From: an uncultured virus (IMG/VR IMGVR_UViG_3300033406_000383)
Lineage: Duplodnaviria; Heunggongvirae; Uroviricota; Caudoviricetes
DNA length: 64,000 nucleotides
Direction: 5' to 3' (one strand)
Virus record (IMG/VR): IMGVR_UViG_3300033406_000383
The notes under the pieces are model-generated. The model did no database searches and was not told where the DNA came from. It worked only from the letters and a program-made list of their open reading frames with translations. Position numbers and translations under genes: made by a program. Shown here piece by piece: positions 10,701-21,088 of the stretch. Position 1 is the stretch's first letter, and the number at the start of each line of letters is the position of its first letter.

Positions 10701-12328
10701 TCATAGGTTAGATTAATGACATCTCCAGGCTGCAAATGCATAGCGAAGAATGTGGTCTTGAAGTTTATCGTGAGCGAACATAGTTTATTCTTGAGCTTGT
10801 AAAGCCTTCCCAAGCGTATAGCTTGGGATTGCGATGTACACCCTGAGAGTGTTAGTTCCTTTTGTATTACTTTGCCTCGCCCTATTGGAGAAGGTTGTTG
10901 ATCTATGGTATCCTCTACTAAACACCGTACCTGTGTCCAATTCTGTGATGGATCAAAGTAGCCAATGCTATATTGGTTAGGTGTTTCATCGATGCTAAGT
11001 TGTTTAAAGGATACTGAGTTTTCTATGATGCTGTCGTTTGTAAATGTATACGATGATGTCTCAGACTTCTCTATGCGAAGGCTAATTTGTCCATTAGCGA
11101 ATACTAAGAATCCACCGAAGTTTGCGAAAATATCATCAAGCATCTCTGAAATGCTTTGTTTTTGATCTAAGATTATATTCAGTGAATATCTTGGTTCTTG
11201 GTGAGTAAATCCATCTGAATCCTTATAACTCACTAGCTCATCACAGTAATCCGCAGCCTCTTTAAAAGACTCTTCATCGAGCATCTCTGCGATTCCAGGG
11301 ACAAACTTAGCTACACCGTACCTCTTAGATAACAGAAGATCTCTTGTGATCATCGCAGGGTTCGATGATACTGCATAGGTATTTGTCCTTGTGTCTTCTA
11401 TGATCTTGCCTTGGCATATATAGGTAATCGTAGGATTCCCACCAGATAACCTATCGGACTGAGCAAGGATGACACGGAGATATGACATGTTCTTGTAGCC
11501 ACCAACGGTTGTATAGTTACTAGGTGGTTCCTGAGTTGGACTGCCGTTATGAAAGGTATACGAGCAATCTGTGAGCCCTTTGACTCCTATGGATTTCAAT
11601 GAGTTATAGCAAGGTACTGTAGCGGAATACGCTATCGCAGGTTCACCAGTCTCAGGGTCGCCATCTGAACTCTCGACCACAGTCCAATCATCGCCGATAC
11701 TAATGAGTTCTGTGGTTAAATTAGCGCATCCCACGGGATCAACGACAACCCATCCATTCCCAAGCCTTCCTATGTATGCGATGAGCTTCCCAACATCAAC
11801 ATTGTAATCAAAGTATGTGATGTCATCCTGTGTCTTGTGTAGCTTAATATTTGTAGCAACACCGTTAGCATAGAGCCTGAGATTTCCATCGGTGAGCCTA
11901 ATGGTCGCATCAGGATAATCTATGTTCTTTATCTTCATTACCGCACCCTTGGTAACCATTAGATCATTCGCGAGGACTCCATAGACTCCTGAGACTGTTC
12001 CTTCGCCTACTAGGATATCCTTGGTAATCTTCTTGCCTGTCTTGTTAGTCTTGTGCCACAATTGATTACCAGAGTATTTCCTAGTTCCGTATATTAGGTT
12101 TATCATTGATTCCGAGGATATCGTATTGGTTAATTGGTCAAACCTTGAATACGATGTAGCTGTTGATTTATGCGTGGCAGACCAAATATTACTACCAAGG
12201 CTCATTCCCATGAGTCCACCTTGGATGCCACCGACACCTCCAGCTATACCAAAGGGGTTCCATTCTCCTGCCCCTAGGAAGAATCCAGCGATGGAAAACA
12301 AAGCTTTGCCCGTTGAAGATTTGCCCAT
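7784..12328 (-). CDS. central tail fibre / host-specificity protein (lambda gpJ-like) with FN3-like repeats and an ILEI-like domain
   Basis: LIYGTRK..GN, SSNPAMITRDLL, DEESFKEAADYCDELV, EPRYSLNIILD, GCTSQSQAIRLG, LQPGDVI; FDTYGD...DDIVILSSYDA...PYALIG resembles ILEI/PANDER. Confidence 0.85.
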   Translation of the reverse strand: MGKSSTGKALFSIAGFFLGAGEWNPFGIAGGVGGIQGGLMGMSLGSNIWSATHKSTATSYSRFDQLTNTISSESMINLIYGTRKYSGNQLWHKTNKTGKKITKDILVGEGTVSGVYGVLANDLMVTKGAVMKIKNIDYPDATIRLTDGNLRLYANGVATNIKLHKTQDDITYFDYNVDVGKLIAYIGRLGNGWVVVDPVGCANLTTELISIGDDWTVVESSDGDPETGEPAIAYSATVPCYNSLKSIGVKGLTDCSYTFHNGSPTQEPPSNYTTVGGYKNMSYLRVILAQSDRLSGGNPTITYICQGKIIEDTRTNTYAVSSNPAMITRDLLLSKRYGVAKFVPGIAEMLDEESFKEAADYCDELVSYKDSDGFTHQEPRYSLNIILDQKQSISEMLDDIFANFGGFLVFANGQISLRIEKSETSSYTFTNDSIIENSVSFKQLSIDETPNQYSIGYFDPSQNWTQVRCLVEDTIDQQPSPIGRGKVIQKELTLSGCTSQSQAIRLGRLYKLKNKLCSLTINFKTTFFAMHLQPGDVINLTYDKVVDGVNTHLIEDMPWRILEIQQQNGTWSIKAQQYNSSIYGDITDEVQIKTYTPIESAITEDVSDVTNLDIIESWRDLGSGVIANDVEVTWDNIDTFYREAEVYMLSSDTTWKLMGKAYEKLLISNMTKDTTATFKVVAVNSLGRKATFDTAPTVSVVVQGKTTAPSTPTGLTVDITNTCEWNWDALDKDCDYAELRLDQNPGSTTGLLVKTSSTQAFMVPPTRHSTVYLYAHNTAGYYSLPCVFEYNKVPPSAPTNVLVTDAASELTVSCSALPTYCTGIDVYINNQAYFSPNNMYTMKVAAGIYEVKLCYLDIFGEGTMSTTYQKVVKSTIDPELLVLENLSLTMMDTEIQEAVAKAQVAIDATDLSEGLSSITSVLAGEPDAAGQYHAITKALQTAKGFTTTSLENYDISNGIYVKGTGLNRDANRLLKINGTTMYDTSGRGLRLTVVYKDTLVVHYDTTFDTYGDNNAREALATALNAATNDDIVILSSYDAVGWSENLINALIRCGSSGVGFDVYGRLPYALIGTPGLGKGTALERFTTQDATAPYAEIYTKVINGIPQGYMSTGIQSQITQTSTGLNSVITELGKPLAECTYTAISQTLDNLQFRASDGTVKSLLNIEPSGITIDSKYVHITGQSVFDSDCTIKGTLNAECFIGADATFSGTMNFPSNTNASTIYNGLNLTDDGVTYKRTMQNSTDWTSTTSLGYNGLYISDYDTSGATWWNTKSAQTHHGRHYTGTLGQSAMLIPSSHIPGHMPLNGIFVPRSMPLKDPLINKHAYVSYRVRSKTGLSNDGNENLGDNNMAVVGEIYVPAVATGTALQSSTADITGNITAVGTSYAKTFYGVIDGGNASVSVDYVTSGTGSAVVTEIQWKDADDTDSTWETGYTSSAQALGRHTATFAIPSTISGHNYAFRIYMVSKTGTVTMFFDGTTKYYSSTDRVLRNNITLDYHVWEDGYQECGGKSWAF

Positions 12329-13008
12329 TAGCTCACCTTCTTATTTTTAATGTTTCCACCAGCATCAAACGAAATAAAAGACATCTCATTAGTAAGATGT
12401 CTCCATGATTTTTTGTTTCTTATAGCATTTATGTTTCTTCTGCCTACCCCTACTTTGTCGGCGATGTCTCTATCTCTGTATCCATTTAATAACATATCTA
12501 TGATCTCTTTGGCTTGTTTACCTGTTAACTTTGAAGCATACGCTTCCTCACCGATAGGTTGGTTTTTATGAATCTCACTTAATTTTGCTTTAGTAGCTTC
12601 GGAAGACTTTGTGCCAAGCCTCGCCTGTCTAATATTCTCTCTATGTTCATCTGAGAATTTCATACCAATTCTGGCTTTACTTATTTTATCCCTAACTTCT
12701 TGTGTTTGCTTAGTTACGCCACAGATGTCGGTCATGTTATACCCTTTGTTTTTATTTAAACTATCAAGTTTATTTATCCAGCAAGATTCTTTACTGTTTA
12801 AATTTTCTTCTGAACATTCGTCTAAGATATCAAATAAAAAATTATCGCCTCCATGTTTATTCCATGAATTCTGAAGGTGATAATTAAAATGTCTATTTGA
12901 CCTCAATTCTTGACTATGTTGTTTCCATCTTCTTTCGATATCAATACTCTGACCAACATATATTTTGCCATTAACTAAGTTTTCTATCTTGTATATTCCA
13001 ATAGTCAA
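12328..13008 (-). CDS. GIY-YIG homing endonuclease with NUMOD3 repeats
   Basis: GIYKIENLVNGKIYVGQSIDIERRW; repeats such as SDEHRENIRQARLG and SEATKAKLSE; AT-rich insertion between tail-tip genes. Confidence 0.9.
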   Translation of the reverse strand: MTIGIYKIENLVNGKIYVGQSIDIERRWKQHSQELRSNRHFNYHLQNSWNKHGGDNFLFDILDECSEENLNSKESCWINKLDSLNKNKGYNMTDICGVTKQTQEVRDKISKARIGMKFSDEHRENIRQARLGTKSSEATKAKLSEIHKNQPIGEEAYASKLTGKQAKEIIDMLLNGYRDRDIADKVGVGRRNINAIRNKKSWRHLTNEMSFISFDAGGNIKNKKVS

Positions 13009-13080
13009 TCTTCATCACTCCTTATATTCTTAGGCATAACAAAGGACGCACCTTTGTACGCCCTAAGAACCTTATGGAAT

Positions 13081-13968
13081 TCACGTCCTTACCACTAATT
13101 CCCATGGAATCCCAGGACACCCACTGAAGTTCTTTTGATTGTTGTATTGATCTCCGCAGAACTTGAATGTCTTATTGCAACCTTGGACTACCGTGTATGT
13201 CCCAGTAGGCTCAATAAAAAAAGGAACCTCAGTTTTCACTGTGCTCCCTGCGGATTCTATGATTCCTATGGATTGACCATTGATTGTTATGTATCCATGT
13301 TTCCAGTAGTTTTCTGTCCATGGTTCATCTGTGATATCTCTCTCGATATGTATTATAGTGCCTTCGACTGCAACGACTGTTCCTGTAGCGGTAGCCTTAG
13401 TTGCACCGCAATCATCAGCATCTCCAAAAACTGCATTGCATGGCAGCATTAGTGTTCTTCCGCATGTGTAGTTTGACATTGGATCTCTAACCGCTACAGA
13501 GAACTCTGATTTACCATCGTCTAAACTTGGTTCATCCATCTGTCCACTAAATACTACCTCGTATAACGAAGAATCACTGAGACTATCTGGGTATATGATA
13601 CGTCCGATTTCCAAGGTTTGGCCTCGGAAATCACTGCCTGACAATAGGTAAATCTTAAATGCATCGGTAACATCGGATATTGTGATGTCAACATTGTCTC
13701 TCTTGTTATCTACGGTATTCTTGATAACCCCGATTTCCACAGGAAACGCAGTATATGTATTGTTATCAAAAGTAATATCTATGTCACACAGGGAAAATCG
13801 GAGGGTAGTCGTAGGGAGATATATGGTTACCAGTGGAATGAACATTATGGATTCTTCGTCACCACTGTGTTCCGATGGAAACGAAGGGGACTCGAAGTAA
13901 TTCTCCGAGTCCCTAGTGAGTGTCAAAGTTTCCTTAGCTTTCATGAATTTTACTGGGAGTATTCTCAT
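13081..13968 (-). CDS. tail tip protein (gpL-like / BR0599 family, Cys-rich Fe-S type)
   Basis: CNAVFGDADDC...GCNKTFKFCGDQYNNQKNFSGCPGIP. Confidence 0.8.
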   Translation of the reverse strand: MRILPVKFMKAKETLTLTRDSENYFESPSFPSEHSGDEESIMFIPLVTIYLPTTTLRFSLCDIDITFDNNTYTAFPVEIGVIKNTVDNKRDNVDITISDVTDAFKIYLLSGSDFRGQTLEIGRIIYPDSLSDSSLYEVVFSGQMDEPSLDDGKSEFSVAVRDPMSNYTCGRTLMLPCNAVFGDADDCGATKATATGTVVAVEGTIIHIERDITDEPWTENYWKHGYITINGQSIGIIESAGSTVKTEVPFFIEPTGTYTVVQGCNKTFKFCGDQYNNQKNFSGCPGIPWELVVRT

Positions 13969-13999
13969 TAATTCACCACCTTAATTCTGATACCCAAGG

Positions 14000-14938
14000 T
14001 TACTCACCTCCGTTGTACATAATTGCATAGGCTGAACCACAGATTACTTTGTCCGTCCCATTGATAAACCTAAGTGCAAACTCCGTAATTACATCATGGA
14101 AACTACATTGCCCATCCACGAATACCTGCGGATCACCCAAGGTCACAACTTCGTATTCATCCTTTACTACAATGTCATCCACGACTTCCGCAGCAACCAC
14201 AGCCCTTGTCACAGCATACATCTGAATCTCCAAGTCTGATTCGTGGTAAAGTTTAAAGGTTTTAGCAGGCACATCCAAGGCTATAGGTTTAGTTTGGCAG
14301 AAGCCTCCTGGCAGCACTTCGATAATCTTCATGCCAGTGTTGGCACTATGACCTTCCACAGTTAGATCCAAATCATCCTCATTGAAAAACTCGTCAGCAT
14401 AAGCGTAAGTGCATCCATTGAGTTTAGTAAGGTATTCAAACTTAGCCACAGCAACATCCATTGCATTTGTGAGTTGTACTGTTTCCTCATAGGGTTCTTC
14501 GAGGTCAGGCACAGATTCATATTCGTCCTTGACTACCTCTGTGACTACGGTATCCACCATGATCTCATACGTGCCAGCTACGGAATCTTCATAGCTGACA
14601 ATGTTTCCCTCTGTGTCAAACACAGGTTTCAAGTACACACCTTCGACTGCTACAAGGGTTTCTCTGGGTTCGATGGACATCACCATTTCACCATTGACTT
14701 CTGACCAAACCTCAGTATCAACCATAGCTGTAATGTACTTCTGTTCATATGACTTTTGTACAGCGACTTTCACAATAGTATCTTTGGTTTCGTAGATATG
14801 CAAAGGCTCTTGCGGAACCATGCGAGTCTTAGTAACAGTCTTTGTTAACTTAGTATCATCAGGAACATAAATGGAAAAACTGAGGTTGCCCTCAGTCTCC
14901 ACTTGTTCCAATGTAATTCTGTCAAATATAAGCTTCAT
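14000..14938 (-). CDS. acidic hypothetical virion-associated protein
   Basis: 312-aa ORF with GGAGG RBS inside the tail module. Confidence 0.6.
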   Translation of the reverse strand: MKLIFDRITLEQVETEGNLSFSIYVPDDTKLTKTVTKTRMVPQEPLHIYETKDTIVKVAVQKSYEQKYITAMVDTEVWSEVNGEMVMSIEPRETLVAVEGVYLKPVFDTEGNIVSYEDSVAGTYEIMVDTVVTEVVKDEYESVPDLEEPYEETVQLTNAMDVAVAKFEYLTKLNGCTYAYADEFFNEDDLDLTVEGHSANTGMKIIEVLPGGFCQTKPIALDVPAKTFKLYHESDLEIQMYAVTRAVVAAEVVDDIVVKDEYEVVTLGDPQVFVDGQCSFHDVITEFALRFINGTDKVICGSAYAIMYNGGE

Positions 14939-14948
14939 TGGAACCTCC

Positions 14949-17900
14949 TTATTTAATTAGTGGTCTGCCTGGAATTTGATAGTCTGCTATAGCATTAGTG
15001 AATCCATAAGTATTTACATCATTGGAATATCTTCCTTGCAATCGCAACATCACTTCCCCATTTGAAGTTCTTATTAATCCATAAGTGAAACTCAAATGAG
15101 GTACGGCGGTTGTAATTTTATCTCCTACTGCACTTGGAAGGTATTGAGTAGAGCCATTAACTCCTAGTGAACCATCATCAGTATAATTGTTTACGCTTTT
15201 AAATGAATAATTATATCCATATCCAAGAGCCACATCATCCTGCAACAGTTGATAATCGTATACTCCTGTAGATTTAGGAAGAAAAGGAGTAATTGATTTC
15301 ATAGTAGCATTTGTAGATAACTTCCCTGTACCACCAGTAGTCACAAACAACTTATCTGATAATGCCAAAACTGTAGAACTCGTAGCAGTATTTCCTTGAT
15401 ACGGAGTATATTCATAGTAACAAGCGAATCCATTGAGATCACCTGCGGAAATCTGTATTTGCTTACACTCATTGACGAAAGTAAACAATGAATCCTTGAA
15501 GCTGAAGTAGCCGATGCTATGGTCAGGGTTCGTGGTGTCTTGATAGGAATATGCGTAGGATACTGTGGGGTTGCTGATGGCGAAGGAGTCTACGGTGTAT
15601 GCGTATTTGTCTAGCATTTCATAGGTAACTTGGTATTGCGCTGTGGGGTCGTAGTTGACAGGAGAGGCTCCAAAATATCCATCACCACGAATTGTTTTAG
15701 ATGATGTATCTGATATAAAGGTGAAATTAGAAGAAACTTTATTAACACCACTTTGTTTTACCCTCTTTGATAAAGGATAGCTACTAGAATTTATAATCCA
15801 AGTGGATATACCTGAACTATAAATAATAGTAGGGACTTCCATCCACTGAACACCACTTAACTGCTCTACTTGTGCAATCCCTTGCGGAATATAGACTACA
15901 CTGCCACTACTAAGTATTGGTTTTGTTTGATCTCCGTTGACACAGCCAACATGAGGAATTGCTGTGGCTAACTTATAGCAGAGTGTATAATTTGTCCAGC
16001 CAGTGTATGATGCTGTGGGAAGTGTACTTGTTATTCCTGTTCCATCCGTAATTTTCTTCCAATATTTCGTTCCGCTGACATAAGCTGTACCATCACTTGC
16101 ACACATTTTCCAACCATAAAAGTAAGCTTTCCATTCAAGTACAGTTGCTGAGATTGAGTCTATGAATCCTGTGTCTGTATTTGATGCTGAAATTAATAGA
16201 GAGTTTACATCAATATTTGTTAAATCTGCCGATGATGTTGTTGTGGTATTATATGTCAAAGGAATGCCATTGTATTTAGTAACTATGGGTTTGGAGTATA
16301 GTAGCATATTAGAATCTATTGTGGATGCCATTACACACACCCTCTTAAAACCAGTATAATTTCCAAGAACTACCCACGCCAAATCTCCTGTTAACTGAAC
16401 ATCTTTAGCCCACTTCTGAACAAACACTGACTGTCCCCCAGGCATAGCATAGACAACTTCTGAGTCAGCGAGTTTTAGCGGTGTGTGAAATTGGGATTTA
16501 ACTTGGAGTTCAAAGGTTTGATCTGCGGATGCTAGGGTTAACATGGGGTTGGTGAAAGTAAATGTGCCAGAGGCAGTAGATTGAAATTCTAGGTAAATGT
16601 AATTTGTATCACTGCTTGTTGTAAATGTTATTCCTGTTGACCCTGATGTTAGCCCATTTTTAAATACCCAATTACTAGTTGTTGGAGATTCCCAAAGATT
16701 AACATATTGATTACTAATTAAAGCAGAAAAACTAATCTTATATTGTGTATTAGATTTAACATTAAGAGTAATCTTACTAATCTGATTAGCTGCCGTAGCA
16801 TTTAAAGTCAATGTATATCCGCTAGCCGCAGCATTAGCATGTAGTGAAAATTCTCCACTGTCAAAAGCAGGTATCAAGTTTTTTCCCTTAGTAGTCCCCA
16901 AAATATTTGACTTGAATTGCACAGAATCAACATAAGGGAACATCCTGCCAATAACTTCTGAGTCTGTAATTGTGGTTCCAATTGCTGAATAGAGCAATGC
17001 TCCTGTGCTGTAACCGAAGGTTTGGGCTAGGGAGTCGGTGAGTTCGTAGAGCCTTGCGCCATCAAAGTATCCATATTGACCAGCAACACCATTAACTACA
17101 CAACCACATTCAATACTAGATACCCCATAATATTTCTTATAGCTGGTGGAAAATGTTGCCCCTGTTATAAGATTTCCATTTAATATTGAAGCATTTATTA
17201 CTGATCCACACACAGCACTAACAGCAACTAAATAGTACTTAGTGCTTTCAACTGTAACTGTTTTGTAATATTCTTCTGATGTTTGACCAGTAGCGATTGT
17301 TATTTTTATACGATTTGCTCCATATACAACATTAGAACTATTCAATTCTACAGTCCCGCCATTTTTTAGTGTCCAAGATGGCAATGTCTCAAATCCGCCA
17401 TCCTTGCCAAGCAGATTAATCAAAGTCCGTCCATTGATAGCCACAGCACACTCAGCATTAATGACATCTTTTACAGATGTAGCTACATAAGGCAATCCCT
17501 GTCCTGCTGGATAGTTCGCAGAATAAGTGATTACTAATGAGTCCGTAGTTGTCGTAGGTGCTGTAGTAATAGTGTAGGTAGCTGTTTTAGTGCCAAGCCC
17601 ACTCCATGTTCCTGCGACTCCTGTTGCTGTTACTGTTGGGCCTGAGGTAGAGGCTGTGGTTTCAACAATATAAATCCATCCAGAGGAGTAACTATTGTTA
17701 TCAAAGTCTGAGCTTATAGTTATTTTATTAGTGGTCACATCAATAGCTGTTATTGTTTTAGTAGCCGATCCAGCAGTACCATTAATATTATAATGTAGGA
17801 AAGTATCCCCAACTGATAATTTAGATGTACTGTCCACAATAAAATTTCTAATATCAACCCATTGTACTATCTTAGCCAACGCTGTATCAGCATCAATCAC

Positions 17901-19985
17901 CCCTGAGATAATCCCATCGACACTAGTGATATCTACTTTGTTACCCACAGCCCATGCATTTTTCTCGACTGTCAAGCCACAAGTATCCGTGAATAATTTG
18001 GATTGGATAGTGGCACTTGCAGGGTAGTGTGTTCTAACTAAAAACCATACCTTGCCATTAGCATCTACATAATCAGCAAAACCACTTGTTAAACTTAACT
18101 CAATAGGTGTCATATTTACAGAATCAGTCTGTGCAACTTGATTATTAGACCATGTAGTCCCCTTCCAAATTGAAATATTTACTGCCCTGTCCATAACTCC
18201 TGTATTATCACTTTCTGCCCTGCCATCCCATCCAAATTTGAGTGATTTTAAGGAAGGTGCTATGCCAGCTACGGAGGTGTAGAGTTCGGTAAGGTCGAAT
18301 GAGAAGTAATGTTCTTCATAATTTCCAATGGTTGTTGATGTTGTAGCTACTGTATTACCATCTTTAGTCGCTAAAGATACATAGGAACCTGCATTGCCCT
18401 CATATCCAGAAGTAAGACTAGTGGGATTATCATTTGTTGCCGATGAATCTCTATACATCTTATGCTTCGCTGTACTAGGCTTAAACACGATACTAACATA
18501 AGGACTTACAGTTTTCACTACTGTTTCTGAGGTTTGCTGATCAGACTTTGTTCTCCGCAATGGCTCCACTTGGCGTTTTGTATTGGGCTCGAAGGTTGTC
18601 GAGGTTGATCCTAACTCTAATTGTGGCATAATCATGGGAATTTCAGATGGAAGAATATCTGTTCCAGCAGTTTTCCTTAAATATACACCGACTTTTGCAC
18701 AATTAGACAATGTAGTTATTGTTTGTGTCTGTGCCCATGACGCAGAACTAAGCGTTGCGCTGTCTATACTAAATTGAACCATTGCACATTCGTATCCACT
18801 AGCTACACTGTATGTAACTTGCTTGCTTGCTTGGGCAGTGATGAAATCAGAGATAAGTCGCAATCTTGTTGTGGAACTAGCCTCAGAGTATGTAGTTCCA
18901 ATAGAACTACCTATGCTTCCCTGTTCCCAATCTTCAGCATTAGTAGGACACATATTCTTATTGGCATTCCCCATGTATCCCTTGAAGCCAAACCAATCCT
19001 TCTGAAGCATTGTGCCATACTTAGTAGTCAATGCCCCTGAGATTAGCTTGTTGAGCGAGGATTGCAGATACTGGTCATAGTTGAATCCTGTGAGGGAGAC
19101 AAGGTGGCGTAGGTCGCCTCCTTGAATATCTTTGGCATCAATGATATTACTGTAGAGTCCTTGGGGGTGGTCGGATTTAAGGTATGACGTTCCTATTTCT
19201 GTGCCAAGTGTACTACCAGTGTTTACAACAGTTACTTTATTACTACCATCTTTTGATATTATTTTAAATGAATAATTGGAATTAGTAGTTAATACAAATA
19301 AATCCCCAACTTGATAATTAGCGTAGTCTGAGGAAGATGCAGTATATTGTTGACTTTGCCCTAACGCTATATTGCCTATCCCAGATCCTAAGCTAGTAGT
19401 AAAGTAATTCCTTGCCCCATTGGTATTAGCAACGCTATATCCTCCGCTATTCCTCCGCTTAATCCTAAACAATGGAATTGCATAAACATAGCCATCCACA
19501 GTCCCTAACGCTGTTTTGTCCCCTGCTGATCCTGTGCCAGCTATGTATAAGCCTGAGTCTGTGGATGATTTTGCGTAGGTGTAGGAGGTCAGTGTTCCAT
19601 CGGACATCATTGCTTTTACCTGCGATCCGTGGTTTATTCCTTCGGGATACGTCGAGAAATCAACGGCATCCACGACTCTTAGTCTCGTGGTTGTACCGTT
19701 GTAGCATTCGAGGAATACTAAGTTATCACTAGTTCCTGTCAATGGAGCAGCAGGAAGACTCGCTGTAGTCTGAGGAACCGCCAATGCCCATCCATTGATT
19801 ACTGCGTTAAACCCTGCAACAGTGATAGCATTGAGTGATATCGTACTTCCTGGATTTACCGTAGAAAGACTCTGAACTCCAGAGGGTACAAAGGTTCTCA
19901 CTGCAACAGGGTTATCCGCAGAAGTGTATGTGTTCGATACATTATAGGTATTATTGGTTACCTGTGGTTTCTTTGTTATACTCAT
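14949..19985 (-). CDS. large tail fibre / receptor-binding protein with carbohydrate-binding-like modules
   Basis: Ser/Thr/Gly-rich; VDGYVYAIPLFRIKRRN; NLLGKDGGFE and PQLELGS-type CBM signatures; start placed at the ATGA overlap. Confidence 0.7.
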   Translation of the reverse strand: MSITKKPQVTNNTYNVSNTYTSADNPVAVRTFVPSGVQSLSTVNPGSTISLNAITVAGFNAVINGWALAVPQTTASLPAAPLTGTSDNLVFLECYNGTTTRLRVVDAVDFSTYPEGINHGSQVKAMMSDGTLTSYTYAKSSTDSGLYIAGTGSAGDKTALGTVDGYVYAIPLFRIKRRNSGGYSVANTNGARNYFTTSLGSGIGNIALGQSQQYTASSSDYANYQVGDLFVLTTNSNYSFKIISKDGSNKVTVVNTGSTLGTEIGTSYLKSDHPQGLYSNIIDAKDIQGGDLRHLVSLTGFNYDQYLQSSLNKLISGALTTKYGTMLQKDWFGFKGYMGNANKNMCPTNAEDWEQGSIGSSIGTTYSEASSTTRLRLISDFITAQASKQVTYSVASGYECAMVQFSIDSATLSSASWAQTQTITTLSNCAKVGVYLRKTAGTDILPSEIPMIMPQLELGSTSTTFEPNTKRQVEPLRRTKSDQQTSETVVKTVSPYVSIVFKPSTAKHKMYRDSSATNDNPTSLTSGYEGNAGSYVSLATKDGNTVATTSTTIGNYEEHYFSFDLTELYTSVAGIAPSLKSLKFGWDGRAESDNTGVMDRAVNISIWKGTTWSNNQVAQTDSVNMTPIELSLTSGFADYVDANGKVWFLVRTHYPASATIQSKLFTDTCGLTVEKNAWAVGNKVDITSVDGIISGVIDADTALAKIVQWVDIRNFIVDSTSKLSVGDTFLHYNINGTAGSATKTITAIDVTTNKITISSDFDNNSYSSGWIYIVETTASTSGPTVTATGVAGTWSGLGTKTATYTITTAPTTTTDSLVITYSANYPAGQGLPYVATSVKDVINAECAVAINGRTLINLLGKDGGFETLPSWTLKNGGTVELNSSNVVYGANRIKITIATGQTSEEYYKTVTVESTKYYLVAVSAVCGSVINASILNGNLITGATFSTSYKKYYGVSSIECGCVVNGVAGQYGYFDGARLYELTDSLAQTFGYSTGALLYSAIGTTITDSEVIGRMFPYVDSVQFKSNILGTTKGKNLIPAFDSGEFSLHANAAASGYTLTLNATAANQISKITLNVKSNTQYKISFSALISNQYVNLWESPTTSNWVFKNGLTSGSTGITFTTSSDTNYIYLEFQSTASGTFTFTNPMLTLASADQTFELQVKSQFHTPLKLADSEVVYAMPGGQSVFVQKWAKDVQLTGDLAWVVLGNYTGFKRVCVMASTIDSNMLLYSKPIVTKYNGIPLTYNTTTTSSADLTNIDVNSLLISASNTDTGFIDSISATVLEWKAYFYGWKMCASDGTAYVSGTKYWKKITDGTGITSTLPTASYTGWTNYTLCYKLATAIPHVGCVNGDQTKPILSSGSVVYIPQGIAQVEQLSGVQWMEVPTIIYSSGISTWIINSSSYPLSKRVKQSGVNKVSSNFTFISDTSSKTIRGDGYFGASPVNYDPTAQYQVTYEMLDKYAYTVDSFAISNPTVSYAYSYQDTTNPDHSIGYFSFKDSLFTFVNECKQIQISAGDLNGFACYYEYTPYQGNTATSSTVLALSDKLFVTTGGTGKLSTNATMKSITPFLPKSTGVYDYQLLQDDVALGYGYNYSFKSVNNYTDDGSLGVNGSTQYLPSAVGDKITTAVPHLSFTYGLIRTSNGEVMLRLQGRYSNDVNTYGFTNAIADYQIPGRPLIK

Positions 19986-20731
19986 GCGCCTCTCACCCAC
20001 ATTCTAAAAGTATTGGCAGCAGTGGTTGTTACCGAGGTAAACTGTGGAAATGCCTCGTCCAACACTTCGCCAGCTTTGATAGTCATTGTGAGACCTGAGA
20101 CAGTCAATGTCATATCAGTAGCACCGTCATTCATAAGCAACACGGAATACATAGGGGTATTATAGGTGCGTGTAGTGACCCCAGATGTTTGTATGTAATC
20201 CCTGACTTTGTTAGGAAGCTGTGTATACAGTGGAGTCCCTGAGTCATTCTTGATCTCTACCTCTGGAATACTGGAGACTACTACAGATCCAATGGAGTTT
20301 GTGCCTGGGGGTAACGGTGGTAAACTCAGAACATCTACATCGTTTAACCCTGTTACTGAGACCGCCAATGGATTGCCTGAGTCATTCTTAACTTCAACTT
20401 CTGGTAAACTTGTGATAGCAACGAACCCAGGGAAGCTCGCGGTGAAACACTCAGTACCGTCAGGTTGACGATTGACTACGGTGATGCTACCGTTAGAATT
20501 CACTAGCATTACATCGGTTCCATCAGTGAGTTTCACTTGGCCTATAAGGTTAGAACCCACAGGCAACGGTGGTAACTCAGATACGGTGACATCCTTAGAA
20601 CCTGTAATGCTCACCGCGAGTCCACCGTCATTACCTAGTGCTGGCTCAAATTTATCTGTGGTTACATTGAAATACTGGGGGATCGGCTTACCATTGAGGT
20701 CTGTGAGTATCGTATTGCTTGCATAGGACAT
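19982..20731 (-). CDS. virion structural protein with internal duplication
   Basis: Repeats LPPLP(V/P)G(S/T)N.IG.V and PEVE(V/I)KNDSG(N/T)PL. Confidence 0.6.
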   Translation of the reverse strand: MSYASNTILTDLNGKPIPQYFNVTTDKFEPALGNDGGLAVSITGSKDVTVSELPPLPVGSNLIGQVKLTDGTDVMLVNSNGSITVVNRQPDGTECFTASFPGFVAITSLPEVEVKNDSGNPLAVSVTGLNDVDVLSLPPLPPGTNSIGSVVVSSIPEVEIKNDSGTPLYTQLPNKVRDYIQTSGVTTRTYNTPMYSVLLMNDGATDMTLTVSGLTMTIKAGEVLDEAFPQFTSVTTTAANTFRMWVRGA

Positions 20732-20743
20732 TCTTTGGCCTCC

Positions 20744-21088
20744 TTATATTCTTTCTAGGACTACCTCTGCGGTGTACGCGACGTATTCTTGGATCTGCCG
20801 TTTCACCACAGTATCTAAGACATCATTGGCAAAACGAACGGTTTCTTGGACTCCATTGATCATGTAGTAAAACGCAGTTGCGTCCCCTGCACGAGCGTTA
20901 AAAAAGTCTTCGAGGTACTGTCGATCAGCTTCGAGTCCTACAAAGTTGAACGTCCATTTAACCTCTGGTTTCACACGCTTGCGTTGCTTCTGCTTAACCC
21001 CTGACGCAAAGGTGACTTCCGTTGTATACCACTTAGTTGATTGCTTGATTTCTCCATAGGGTTTAATGGTTAACATTGCTAGGCTCAT
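20744..21088 (-). CDS. distal/minor tail protein (lambda gpM-like)
   Basis: F.SGVKQKQR...WTFNF...LEDFFNARAG..AFY...VRF; AAGGAGG RBS before MSLAML. Confidence 0.7.
   Translation of the reverse strand: MSLAMLTIKPYGEIKQSTKWYTTEVTFASGVKQKQRKRVKPEVKWTFNFVGLEADRQYLEDFFNARAGDATAFYYMINGVQETVRFANDVLDTVVKRQIQEYVAYTAEVVLERI

Noticed and set aside
7784..19985. Diversity-generating retroelement or invertase shufflon acting on fibre genes
   Set aside because: No reverse transcriptase or invertase in the window and no TR/VR-like duplicated segment noticed
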